64,000 nucleotides of DNA from an uncultured delta proteobacterium. GTDB lineage: Bacteria; Desulfobacterota; Binatia; Binatales; Binataceae. The position numbers were made by a program, and so were the translations under genes. How positions within the stretch are numbered: position 1 is the stretch's first letter; every line of letters starts with the position of its first letter. The stretch is taken from positions 2,880,001 through 2,944,000 of the forward strand of contig CAWJET010000001.1 in the NCBI GenBank assembly GCA_963842085.1, given 5' to 3'. This document shows positions 1 through 10,037 of the stretch, piece after piece. The notes below the pieces were generated by a model, which was not told where the DNA came from, made no database searches, and saw only the letters and a list, made by a program, of their open reading frames with translations.

Positions 1-1026
1 GTCGATTCCGTCGCGAAGACGCGCCGCTGCCGCCGCGGCCCATCCGGCCTGCGTGCGGCGTCCAACCCGCGCGAGATAGTACGCGATATCCTCGAGCCGT
101 CGCCGGATTCGCCGGCCGTTGTCGCCCGACAACAGCTCGGCGGTCGCGCGATCGATTACGGCGTTCACGCGCTCCTGCTTGTGGAGCGGACTCATGACGA
201 TCACGCTTTCACCGGCGCGTGCAATCTCGTCGACGTAGGGTTTGAGGAGCATGTCGGGGATGCGCCATTCGAGCAATTCCGGCTCCTTGAGCAGCTCGAC
301 CGACGGCTCGCCGGCGGTCTCGGCGGCAAGCTCGTCATAGATGGGATGGAGCAGCTCGGTCGGCGGTGGCGATGCGATCAACTCGGAGCGCAACGTGAGA
401 AAGTTTCCGACCTGGCCGCGGCGCGAGTCGGGGGTGTTGCGCCAGGCCTCGCACGCGATGAAGTCCGCGACCCGCCAATCGGCATCGACCAGCTTGACCT
501 GCGCGCGGCGCTCGAGTTCGTCGCGTTCGGATTTCAGTTCGCGGCGCGACAGCCCGGTGTTCTGCGCGCCGACGAGGCCGTCGCGCTCGGAGATGAGCGC
601 CCACATCCGGATTACGCCGCCCTGCACGCGCGGCTTGACGAGCCAGACGATGCGCGCGCCTTCGCCGTCGATCGGCGACAGCATCGCAGTTATTTCACTT
701 TTTTCAGTGGCGTTGTCGTGCGGGGTATGTGCCACTTGAGCACTGGATTCGGGCGCTTCGATGCCGTGATGCTTCAGCTTGTAGAGCGCGCGGCGGACTT
801 CACGACGAAGTGCGCCGGCCGCGCCAGCTTCCATTTGAGCGAGCATCGCAGCGGCGCGCGCATCCGCAATGTTGCCGAGGGCGCGCGCGATTGCGAGATC
901 AGTGATGCCGGGCTTTCCCTTGAGCTCGCGCAGTTTCGCAATCGCGTCGCCGGGCGCGAGTGAAGGATCGAAGCCTGCCTCGAGCAGCTTCGTGTCGTCC
1001 GGATTCGTGTCGGGTGAACTGCTCAA
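1..1026 (-). CDS. Hypothetical alpha-helical protein, 3' end runs off the window
   Basis: Not in the ORF track. Hand translation of the minus strand from TTG 1026 is open to position 1 (SSSPDTNPDDTKLLEAGF...RREVRRALYKLKHHG...MLSPIDGEGARIVWL...RRRLEDIAYYL) with GC-rich third positions; divergent from the CYTH gene. Confidence 0.75.
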   Translation of the reverse strand, partial: MSSSPDTNPDDTKLLEAGFDPSLAPGDAIAKLRELKGKPGITDLAIARALGNIADARAAAMLAQMEAGAAGALRREVRRALYKLKHHGIEAPESSAQVAHTPHDNATEKSEITAMLSPIDGEGARIVWLVKPRVQGGVIRMWALISERDGLVGAQNTGLSRRELKSERDELERRAQVKLVDADWRVADFIACEAWRNTPDSRRGQVGNFLTLRSELIASPPPTELLHPIYDELAAETAGEPSVELLKEPELLEWRIPDMLLKPYVDEIARAGESVIVMSPLHKQERVNAVIDRATAELLSGDNGRRIRRRLEDIAYYLARVGRRTQAGWAAAAAARLRDGID

Positions 1027-1116
1027 ATTCGATGCCGTGCGAAATCGTGGGAGCCTATGCGCGCGCTTAGCGAAGTGTCAAGTTTTTCACGGTAAGGCCG
1101 TCGCGATCAACGAAAC

Positions 1117-1623
1117 ATGAAGAACCTCGAAGCGAAGTTCCGGCTCGCCAATCATGCCGACGCCCAGGCGCGGGCGACCGCGCTCGGATACTCGCGGCGC
1201 GCGCTACTAAATCAGCGTGACACATTTTTTCGCGTCGCCAACGGCAAGCTGAAGCTTCGCGAGGAAAATGGCAGCGCCGTTCTAATCTACTATCGGCGGG
1301 TCGAAAGCGGGTCGCTGATGCTGAGCAACTACGAGATTCTGCCGGTCGCAGACCCGGTGCGCACACTGCGAATGCTCGAACATGCGCTCGGCACGCTCGC
1401 CGTGGTCGAGAAAGTGCGGACCCTGATGACGCGCGACAACGTGCGGCTGCATCTCGATCGCGTCGCGAGGCTCGGAGACTTCGGCGAGATCGAGGCGGTG
1501 ATAGCCGACGGCGACGACCCCGAGCGAAGCCGCGATGCGGTGGACGAAATCCTCGCGGTGCTCGGAGTGACGCAACCCGATCTGATCGACGTGTCGTACT
1601 TCGAGATGCTGGCAAAGCGTTAG
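1117..1623 (+). CDS. CYTH-domain protein / class IV adenylate cyclase (CyaB-like)
   Basis: N-terminal ExK-type motif (NLEAKF), QRDTFF, KLKLR, VEKVR, HLDRV..LGDFGEIE and terminal SYFEML, typical of CYTH triphosphate tunnel enzymes. Confidence 0.9.
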   Translation: MKNLEAKFRLANHADAQARATALGYSRRALLNQRDTFFRVANGKLKLREENGSAVLIYYRRVESGSLMLSNYEILPVADPVRTLRMLEHALGTLAVVEKVRTLMTRDNVRLHLDRVARLGDFGEIEAVIADGDDPERSRDAVDEILAVLGVTQPDLIDVSYFEMLAKR

Positions 1624-1677
1624 GCGCGTATCCAAGGCGCGACGGCTTCGCTCGCCGCGAACGAATAGAGCGGCGGG

Positions 1678-2094
1678 CTAGCTGGTGCGGTAGCTGGGCG
1701 ACGAATGGTTGTGCCGGTTCAACATCGACTTGATCCGCTGCCAGGTCATGCTGCTGCGCGTGCGAGCATCCGGTGAATCCGATTCGATCAGGTTCGCCAG
1801 GGCCGTGCGGCGCAGAATATCGACGCTCTCGCCGATGTCCGGGTTGCCTGCTTGCCGCTCCTTGGGTTTCGTGGCTTCGCGAATCTGGCGCAAGAGGAAC
1901 AGCACGTCCTCCTTGCAAGTCAAAGTTCCAAGCAGAGATCCGCGGGCCAATTCGAGGAGCTCACGTGCCGTCACGCCGAGGGCCTCGACAGTCTTGCGGT
2001 CGGCACAAAACTCTTCGAAAACTTTACCCTGAGTCGAGCGACGGGTGTGAAGTCTCCTGGTCCCTGATTTCCTGGCGAATTCAAGTACTGGCAT
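1678..2094 (-). CDS. Hypothetical protein (138 aa)
   Basis: ATG-initiated ORF behind an AT-rich promoter-like region; plausible helical sequence; no family recognised. Confidence 0.55.
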   Translation of the reverse strand: MPVLEFARKSGTRRLHTRRSTQGKVFEEFCADRKTVEALGVTARELLELARGSLLGTLTCKEDVLFLLRQIREATKPKERQAGNPDIGESVDILRRTALANLIESDSPDARTRSSMTWQRIKSMLNRHNHSSPSYRTS

Positions 2095-2379
2095 CTGCTT
2101 CCGATCCTATTAACTCAAATTGTGAATTTTTAACTACTTCTAGTTATATAGCATCTACACATGTTGAACATCTGTCAAGCATAACACGCCATCTTCATTT
2201 AATCTTAGCTATCACTATTAGGCATTTGACGCGGAAATCAAAGCGATGGTCTGTAGGCGCTTAAAGAAGCGCAAAAGCAGCTATAGCGACACCCCGGTAA
2301 GCGGCAACCTGCTCGCATGCCAAGTGAACGGGTCGCAGGCTGACCCTTCGCCGGCTGAACGCAAGCAGCAAACTGGGAA

Positions 2380-2496
2380 ACCTCGGCGACTCGGGTCCGG
2401 TGATATCGCGACGACCTGAGTCAGCGTGGCGCGGTGGACGAAATCCTGGTGGCGCTCCTGATCAACGTTTCGTACTTCGAGATGCTGGCGAAGTAG
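2380..2496 (+). pseudogene. Degenerate copy of the 3' end of the CYTH gene
   Basis: 2431-2496 gcggtggacgaaatcctggtggcgctc-ctgatcaacgtttcgtacttcgagatgctggcgaagtag aligns to 1537-1623 (AVDEILVAL------LINVSYFEMLAK vs AVDEILAVLGVTQPDLIDVSYFEMLAKR); weaker similarity extends left to about 2380. Confidence 0.75.
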
Positions 2497-2512
2497 ACGC
2501 TCCCCGACACAC

Positions 2513-3061
2513 CTAGAACATTGAGCCCGGCTGGACCCAGATCATGTTGTTGATTTGTTTGTTGGGATAAACCGACGAAGCGACGTTGGCAGCGCGATCC
2601 TTGTCGGCTTGGCCGGTGACCTGGCCCGAGAGATAAACGTAAGGACCGACCACTTTCACCTGCACGTCGTTGAAGCCGTTACTCTGAAGCTGCAGCTCGA
2701 TACGCTCCTCTTCTTGGTACCACTTGCCGGTCTTGGTGCGCAGGTTGTCGACCACTGAACTGACGCCGGGCACTCCGTTTGCAACCTGCTCCGCCAGCGC
2801 ACGATCCCTATCGTCGAAGACCGCGCCGTAAAGCACGACCACACCTTCCGCCGCCGTGTATGCCTTTGCGCCGGTGAGCCGGTCATTGCTTCGCAGGACG
2901 GCGTTCACCCGGTTCATCAGCGCCGCCTCGCCCTCAGCCCGCGCCATCGATGCGACGCCGGTTATGGTCACAATCAAAACGGCAATTGCCAGGAATGTTC
3001 TTGATTCGAGGCGCGGCTGCCTCATCCACTTGGCTCCCATCATCGGGAATTTCCAAAGCAC
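2513..3061 (-). CDS. Exported BON-domain protein (OsmY-like, two BON domains)
   Basis: Signal peptide (..SMARA), two BON repeats (GVVVLYGAV...AEQVANGVPGVSSVVDNL; YVYLSGQV...AANVA...INNMI); the real start may be a downstream ATG. Confidence 0.85.
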   Translation of the reverse strand: MLWKFPMMGAKWMRQPRLESRTFLAIAVLIVTITGVASMARAEGEAALMNRVNAVLRSNDRLTGAKAYTAAEGVVVLYGAVFDDRDRALAEQVANGVPGVSSVVDNLRTKTGKWYQEEERIELQLQSNGFNDVQVKVVGPYVYLSGQVTGQADKDRAANVASSVYPNKQINNMIWVQPGSMF

Positions 3062-3180
3062 GGGCGTATCAGCTACCCAGTCGCGCAGGTTGGATCAAGA
3101 TCGATGAAGCGCTCACAATCTCGCGGCTCACTTGTCGCCGCCCACCTTTTGCACGACAGGGGCGGCAGGGCTCTCGGACG

Positions 3181-6100
3181 CTACTTGCTCAGCTCGTCGA
3201 GCAGGGCCTTGGCGTCTTTCAGGTCGGGGGTGTCGAAGCCCTCGGTAAACCAGTTGTAGATGTCGGCGAGCATCGCGCGCGCCTCGTCGCGCTTGCCTTG
3301 CTGGTCGAGTAATCGCACGAGGCTGGCAGTCGCGCGGAGTTCCCACGATTTCGCTTTCTGTCGGCGCGCAATTTCGATCGCGGTGCGGAAGGATTGCTCG
3401 GCTTGCGCGGCATTCGATGCGTCCTGCGCCAGAATCAGTTCGCCATTGAGCCGATGCACTTCGGCTTCATAATACCGTTGGCCGGTTCGCTCGATTAGTC
3501 GCACTGACTCGTCGATTGTGCGAAGACCCTCATCGAATCGCCCTATTCGGCCCAAGGCGGTCGCAATGAGGGCGAGATAATGGTCGCAAAAGATCTCGTA
3601 GCCGGCGGCCAGCGCTTTCGATGTATGGTCTCTGATCCGGGCGACGCCGCTCTCAAGGTTGCCGGCCATTGCATCTGCCCAACCAAGGTAAATTGTGGAG
3701 TGGGGATCGTACTCCCTCGACTCGGTCGATAGTTTCAACGCTGCTTCTGCCTGCTCTCTCATTTGCTCAAAGTCACGGCGAAATTCAAAAAACGTGGCGG
3801 CAAAGTTGTGTCCCACTTTCACGATCGTCTTGAACCCGGATTCGCGCGCGATCTCAGTCGCAATGCTTACTTGCTCCAGTGCCCGGTCCGGGTAGCCCAG
3901 GAACCACTGGTCCCATGCCGTTATGATTCCGGTGGTCACTTGATCATAGAGCAGCATCCAACTCTTGGCTTGAGGCAGCTTCGCGACGGAGTCCAGCAGC
4001 GCCATCGCCCGGCCCTGGTCTGGGGCGGCGAGCTCGAAATCGCCCGAGAGGATCCTCGCAAAGCCCGATGAGCCGATCGCATCCGCAATAAGCAGTGGAT
4101 TGCCGGATTCCTCGGCCACTGCAATCATCTCGGGTGCTATCTCGCACGCCTTGCGCACGTCTCCACGGACAATCCGCACTTGGTAGAATCCAGTGAGCGC
4201 CCCCCATCTCTTTTCCGAGTTGATTCCGGGCCGTCGGCAAAGCTCAACCGCGCGCATATACGACTGTTCCATTTCGAGTGAGGCCGCGCCCTCTATGGCA
4301 AACAATGCCTCGAAGGCTGCGTTCCTGAGGTCCAACTCCAGTTCGGCGCGTTGGTCGTCATCGGGGAGCTTCTGCAACTGTTCTAGTCCGGTCTCGAACT
4401 GCGCGAGCGCTTCGGCCCTGGCCCCGCGGACGGCGCACTGCTGAACCGTGCGCAGGCAGTAATGAACAGCCTTGCGGGGATTGCCGCTGCGCGCGTAGTG
4501 ATGCGCCAGCTCGGCGACGTGGTCGTCGAGGCTCTCGGCATAGATCGACTCCATCGCGGTGCCGATACGCTCGTGCAACTGCTTGCGCCGCTCCGTCAGC
4601 ACCGAGTTGTAGGCGACGTCATGGGTCAGCGCGTGCTTGAAGGTGTACTCGATGTCGCCGACTGCTGGTTGCTCGTAGATAAACTCGCCGAGCTGGAGTT
4701 GGGAGAGCATCGGCTCCAACTCCGGTCCGGGCTTCGCCGCCACTTTACGCACCAGCTCGAGTTTGAACTCTGTGCCGATGATAGCCAGCGTCTGGAGCAG
4801 GTCTTTGTGGTCGGACGCGAGCCGGTCGATGCGCGCGGCGAGAATCGCCTGCACCGTAGGCGGGATCTTGAGTTCGTTGAGAGCCTTGGTAAGCCTTACC
4901 GTTCCGTTGCGCTTAAGCGCCCCGTCGTCGAACAGCACCAGGACCGTCTCTTCCATGAAGAATGGATTGCCCTCCGTGCGCTCGATGATCAGGCGCTTGA
5001 GTGGCGCCAGATCCTTGCCGTCACCGAGCAGCGCGGTCAGCATCTCGCCAGCGCTCTCCTTGCCGAGCGGGTCGAGCCGCAACTGCGTGTAGTAAGTCTT
5101 GCTATTCCACTGATGCGAGTATTCGGGCCGATAGTTAACCAGCAGCAGAATCTTCGCGGTGCCGATTGAGTCGGCGAGCAGATTGAGCAATGCCTGGGTG
5201 CCCTCGTCGATCCAGTGGAGGTCCTCAAAGATAATCATCAGCGGCTGGTTAAGGCTCTCCCGCAAAATGATGCGTTTGATCGCGTCGAGCGTGCCGCGCC
5301 TGCGGGTTTGTGGGTCCATTTGCGCGAGCGGGTCCGGCGCGTCTGCGATTCCGAGCAGGCTATAGAGGTAGGGAATCGTGCCCTCGAGCTCGCGATCGAG
5401 AATCGCGATTCGGCCAGCAATTTTCTCGCGGCGGGTGCGCTGGTCATCCTGCGACGCAATCTTGAAGTAGCTGTGCAGCAGGTCAATCACCGGAAAGTAG
5501 GACGACGCCTTGCCGTGGGAGACCGAGAAGGCCTCGAGCACCATCCAGCCCGCAGCGCCGGTGGCCTTGAATTCGAACATCAGGCGCGACTTGCCGACCC
5601 CGGCCTCGGCCATTGCGGCCACGATCTGCCCGCGCCCGGCCTTGGCTTGCTCCGCCGCGGCCTTCATCGCAGGGTCAAGGGCGTCAGCGAGCCGGTCAAC
5701 GTTTATGAAGTGACGGGACTTGGTCCGCTGCGCACGCGCCTGCAAAGATCGGCGGGACGCGGGCTGACTAAGTTCGTCGGCCGCCAACGCGAGATGGACG
5801 CGGTCGGCGCGAGCGCCTGCATCCGCGAGGCCAGATTGGTGGTGTGCCCGATCGGCGTGTATTCAGTGTGTCCCTCGCCGGTTGCGATCGATCGAACGAC
5901 CACCTCGCCGGTGTTCACGCCGACCCGCACTTCGAGCGGCAAGTTGCCAGTCTCGCGCAATCGCGCCGAGTAGCGCTTCAGTTCATCTTGCATGCGCAGC
6001 GCCGCGTACAGTGCGCGCTGCGGATGGTCCTCGTGCGCGACCGGGGCGCCGAACAGGGCGAAGATGCCGTCGCCGGTCGATTGCACGATGTATCCGTCGT

Positions 6101-6488
6101 ACCGGCGAACCGCGTCGATCATCAGCTTCAATGCCGGATCGACAATCGCGCCCGCTTCTTCGGGGTCGAGGTCCTGCTCCAGCTCGGTCGAGCCCTTGAT
6201 GTCCGCGAACAGCGCCGTGACCGTCTTGCGCTCGCCCTCGAGCGCGGCGGAGTCGGCTATGGCTTGTTCCGGCGCGACACGAACGCGATCGGGCGAGATG
6301 GGTGATGTCGAAGCATTGGAGGCGGCCGCGCCGCGCGCACCGAGTGCAGTGGCACATTGCGCGCAGAATTTCGCATCAGGCGCGTTAAGATGAGCGCACT
6401 TCGGACAGGCCAGACTCAGTGGCGTCGCGCACTGATTGCAGAAACGCGAGCCCGCGGCGTTGTCCGTACCGCACTTCGTGCAACGCAT
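3181..6488 (-). pseudogene. Double zinc ribbon - class III nucleotide cyclase - AAA/STAND ATPase - TPR protein, disrupted by an internal inversion plus deletion at about 5671-5801
   Basis: Start MRCTKCG at 6488; four CxxC; cyclase motifs LFADIKGST, TGDG, TNLASRMQ; Walker A AEAGVGKS, Walker B IIFEDLHW; C-terminal WELRA...WFTEGFDTPDLKDAKALL. The linker RVKGVSEPVNVYEV...FVGRQREMD is encoded on the opposite strand, so the gene is split across two frames. Confidence 0.85.
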
Positions 6489-6579
6489 CGTTTTGCCTCT
6501 CTTTGATGGAGCGCGACCACTCTCTCCTTTATCATCGGGGTTCGCCAGCGACCAACAAGAGCCAGGCGAGGAGGCGCAC

Positions 6580-7614
6580 TCAGATGGAAGCGCGGAAGAT
6601 AGCGTCGGCGCCGGTGGATTTGAGCGCCGAGTCCACGAATTCACGATCGGCGGAGCTTAGAGCCTCGCGATCTTCGCGCAGCCATTGCAGACATTTGCCC
6701 TGGTAGGGGAAAGGCTGCTGCACCCACCCGCGGCCGTCGATCTCGCATCGCACTTCGCTTGCATGGCTCGCGAGCGCATGGGCGTTGGCGAGCAGAAAGG
6801 GAGCATAGACGCGGCCTACCTCGATCAGGAACGGGCGCAGCGTGACGACGGCATCCTCGCGCCGGAGCCATCCGGCGTCTTCGACTTCGAGCGACGAGAG
6901 GTCGTCGAGATGCGAGACCCAGGAGACGACGCGCGGATGCTCGGCGGCGGCAATTGCGGCGGGCGTGGGATCGAAATGGGCAAGCTGGCTCAACTGCCCG
7001 AAGAAGCCGAAGTCGCTCGCGCCCGGCCGCGCGCCCATGAGGAATCGATGCCCGGCGACCAGATGCGAATCAAGCAGGCCGAGGATGCGGCGGTAGCTGG
7101 CCTCGATGACGGGCGTCGTCACCTCGTTCGAGCCGACCACGCGCAGTCGTTCGATTTGACGATCGGCAATGTAGCTGGACATCTTCGCCAGCGTCTCGCG
7201 ACTCATGAGCGGATTGCGGTCGAGCGCGAGCACGTGCGAGGCCTTGTGGATGTCGGCCGCGTATTTCCATCGGTAGTGGAACATCGGCTTGGTGAGCCAT
7301 TCGTCAGCGTAGTCCTCGAGCAGTGCGTCGAGAAACGCGAGCGCGGGATCAGGCGGGACGATGGAACGCGCGGCGAACATCTTTTCGAGCCGCCTGATTT
7401 GAAACGTCGAGTCGATCATCGCGTCGTCGGTGCGCCCACCCTCGCCGGGGAAGACGAGCACGGGGATTAACGCGACAGGAACGTCAGGAATGCCGAGGTC
7501 CTCCGGCGAGCCGCGCATTATCCACGTGAATGTGATCCGCCGAAAGCGCAACACGGCGCGCATCTTGCGCGAGTAGGGCGAGCCGAATCCGCCGACCAGC
7601 TTCAATGGGGTCAT
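6580..7614 (-). CDS. Glutathione S-transferase family protein
   Basis: Start MTPLKLVGGFGSPYSRKMRAVL, IPVL, DST, DYADEWL, FLMGARPGASDFG; the upstream part of the 658-aa track ORF is a shadow of the sulfatase gene. Confidence 0.85.
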   Translation of the reverse strand: MTPLKLVGGFGSPYSRKMRAVLRFRRITFTWIMRGSPEDLGIPDVPVALIPVLVFPGEGGRTDDAMIDSTFQIRRLEKMFAARSIVPPDPALAFLDALLEDYADEWLTKPMFHYRWKYAADIHKASHVLALDRNPLMSRETLAKMSSYIADRQIERLRVVGSNEVTTPVIEASYRRILGLLDSHLVAGHRFLMGARPGASDFGFFGQLSQLAHFDPTPAAIAAAEHPRVVSWVSHLDDLSSLEVEDAGWLRREDAVVTLRPFLIEVGRVYAPFLLANAHALASHASEVRCEIDGRGWVQQPFPYQGKCLQWLREDREALSSADREFVDSALKSTGADAIFRASI

Positions 7615-7643
7615 CGTTTGCGTCAAGTAGTCACCCGTGCGCG

Positions 7644-9221
7644 TCAGGCGGGGGCGTCCACTGGGAGTTTTGGATTTCGCTCCGGCGGAAGGTTGTCGTA
7701 GAGGTCGGCGCGCAAGTCGGATTTCAGCTTTGCGTAGGCGGGATCGTTCCATAGATTGCGCCATTGCATCGGGTCCTCGCGCAGATTGTAGAGCTCGCCC
7801 TCGGTACCGTCGTAGCGGATATCGGCAATCGGACCGCGCGGCGCCAGCATCGGGGGAATCTTGGCCAGGTCGAAGCCGTAGTCGCGGGTCGATTTCTCGT
7901 AAACCGTGAGCGTGTAACCGTCGCGATAGATACTGCGCAGATGCATCCCGATGGCCGCGAACTGGCTGTCCCATTCGGTGATGACGCGCTCGCGGCCGGA
8001 GCCGGGCGCGGTCGGCAGCGGCTTGCCCTGCATCCAGTCGGGAACCGGGACGCCGGCGATTTGGCAGAACGTCGGCGCGAGATCGAGTTGCCCGACCGGA
8101 TCCGCGATTTCGCTGTGCGCCACATTCGCAGACGGCGCCGGGCGCCAGATCATGGGCAGGCGCATCAGCGCGTCGACGTGATACGGGCCCTTGTAGAGCA
8201 GGCCGAAGTCGCCTTGCAGCTCGCCATGGTCGGTGGTGAAGAATACGTCGGTGCGCGGTTCCCATCCGCGCTCGGCGATGCGCGCCAGCACGCGGCCGCA
8301 TGCCTGGTCGATCAATTCGTTCTCGACGTGGGTCATCGCGTTGACTTCGCGAATCTGATCCTCGGTGAGCTGGCACGGGACGAAGCTGGCGGGGCCGCCC
8401 TCGAAGTTGCCGAAGCGCCCCTGGTACCAATCGAGCCAATGGCGCGGTTTGCCGGCGAGTATTTTTTCGATTTTGTCGCGCGAGCCGGGATAGCCGGCGG
8501 GCAGATCGAGATCGCGCCAGTTGATTCGGCGCGCCTCGTCCTGCGGCGGATCCCACGGATGATGCGGATCGGGGAAGCTCATCCAGACGAACCAGTTGTC
8601 GTCGGGAGCGAGCGAGTCGAGGTATGCGATCGTACGCGCGGCGACCCAGTCGGTGTGGTAATGCTCGCGCGGAACCGGATTGTACTTCACTTCGGGCGCG
8701 CCGGTATCGCCGCCGGGGAGAGCGCTAAGAATCGGCGCGAAGCCGGCGATCTCGTCGGGATGGTTTTTCTGCAGCCACAGCGAATAATGCCATCCGCCGA
8801 TCGGAGAGTGCATCGCTAGTTCCATCCGGTCGAAGCCGCGATACGGGCCGGTCGAGTCTTTGCGCGCCATCTGGTTCTCGAACCATCGCCCCTGCAAATC
8901 GAAGGCGGGCTCGAAATGCGCCTTGCCCAAAAGCGCGGTGCGGTAACCGGCCTTCTCGTGGAGATAAGCGGCGACGCTCGGCGAATCGGGCGGCAGCGCA
9001 ACACCGTTGGCGACGACGCCGTGGGTGCGCACGTACTGGCCGGTAATCATGGTCGAGCGCGCCGGCATGCAGACGACATTTTGATTGTGCGCGCGGCGAT
9101 AGTTGATTCCGCTGCTGGCGAGCCGGTCGGCGACCGGAGTCTTCGCGATCTTGCCGCCGTTGCATCCGAGCGAGTCGTAGCGTTGCTGATCGGTGGTGAT
9201 GAAAAGAATGTTGCGTCCCAT
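7644..9221 (-). CDS. Cys-type sulfatase (arylsulfatase A-like)
   Basis: NILFITTDQQR, CxPxR signature CMPARSTMITG, GKAH, PHHP, TDHG, KG. Confidence 0.92.
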   Translation of the reverse strand: MGRNILFITTDQQRYDSLGCNGGKIAKTPVADRLASSGINYRRAHNQNVVCMPARSTMITGQYVRTHGVVANGVALPPDSPSVAAYLHEKAGYRTALLGKAHFEPAFDLQGRWFENQMARKDSTGPYRGFDRMELAMHSPIGGWHYSLWLQKNHPDEIAGFAPILSALPGGDTGAPEVKYNPVPREHYHTDWVAARTIAYLDSLAPDDNWFVWMSFPDPHHPWDPPQDEARRINWRDLDLPAGYPGSRDKIEKILAGKPRHWLDWYQGRFGNFEGGPASFVPCQLTEDQIREVNAMTHVENELIDQACGRVLARIAERGWEPRTDVFFTTDHGELQGDFGLLYKGPYHVDALMRLPMIWRPAPSANVAHSEIADPVGQLDLAPTFCQIAGVPVPDWMQGKPLPTAPGSGRERVITEWDSQFAAIGMHLRSIYRDGYTLTVYEKSTRDYGFDLAKIPPMLAPRGPIADIRYDGTEGELYNLREDPMQWRNLWNDPAYAKLKSDLRADLYDNLPPERNPKLPVDAPA

Positions 9222-9318
9222 CTTCGGCTCCCGTTTGGAAATTCTACCTTGTCAGTTTGTGAGCAGCGCGCGCACCGTCGTCGCCATCACGGCGCGCGCC
9301 TCGGTTTCGGAAGGTCCT

Positions 9319-9924
9319 TCAGGTCCTGGGATCGATCAGATCGAGCAGGTTCAGCGTGATGCGCAGCGTGAGGCCCCAGATCACCTGGCCGCCGTAGAGA
9401 ATTGCCGGAAACTTCGCGGAGCGGCTGGCAGGGCCATCGCTCTGCCATTCGTAGTCGCCGCGATACTTGGGGTCGCGGAGCGCCGTCAGAGGCACGTCAA
9501 AAATTTGCGCGACCTCGGAGAGTTGCGGCCTCAGCGGCGCGTCGGACGGGATGACGCCGACGAATGGCGCGACGACAATTCCGCTGGTCGTCGTTTGCAT
9601 CGTGGGGAAGGCGCCGATCACCTCCACGGTGGAAGGATGGATGCCGACCTCTTCGTGCGCCTCGCGCAGAGCGGCGTCCAGCAGGGTCGCGTCGATGGCG
9701 TCGACGCGTCCGCCGGGAAACGCGACCTGCCCGCGATGGCTCGCGACGTGGTCAGAGCGGCGGATGTAGACGACGTGAAGGTCGCCGCCGCGCTCGAACA
9801 GCGGCATCAGCACTGCGGCGGCGTTCGATTTGTTGGCCAGCGCCTCGCGCGGCGGGGGAGTGACGGTGGAGAGCTTGCGCCGAATGCGCTCGACGTGGCG
9901 GGTAAAGCTAGCGGCGTCGCTCAT
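9319..9924 (-). CDS. CoA pyrophosphatase (Nudix, NudL/YeaB family)
   Basis: AAVLMPL, R..H.GQVAFPGG, ALREAHEEVG, IWGLT. Confidence 0.9.
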   Translation of the reverse strand: MSDAASFTRHVERIRRKLSTVTPPPREALANKSNAAAVLMPLFERGGDLHVVYIRRSDHVASHRGQVAFPGGRVDAIDATLLDAALREAHEEVGIHPSTVEVIGAFPTMQTTTSGIVVAPFVGVIPSDAPLRPQLSEVAQIFDVPLTALRDPKYRGDYEWQSDGPASRSAKFPAILYGGQVIWGLTLRITLNLLDLIDPRT

Positions 9925-10037
9925 GACTACAGATAATCGCGCGCAACGCCCATCTTGCAAGCGCGGCGCCCGTATTCAATGCAAGCGGCGCATGGGTTAA
10001 CCTCAGTCCGGCGGCTGCACGCGAGCGACTTCATCAC

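Noticed and set aside
181-963. 260-aa plus-strand ORF
   Set aside because: Shadow of the minus-strand gene 1-1026, which the track missed because it runs off the window
5671-5801. Recombinase-driven phase-variable inverton
   Set aside because: Only 3-bp inverted ends, no invertase nearby, and re-inversion alone does not restore the frame
7615-8556. Long N-terminal extension of the GST ORF
   Set aside because: Alternative frame of the sulfatase gene; GST homology starts at 7614. The same applies to track extensions of ridA, GT4, msbA and the CoA-transferases
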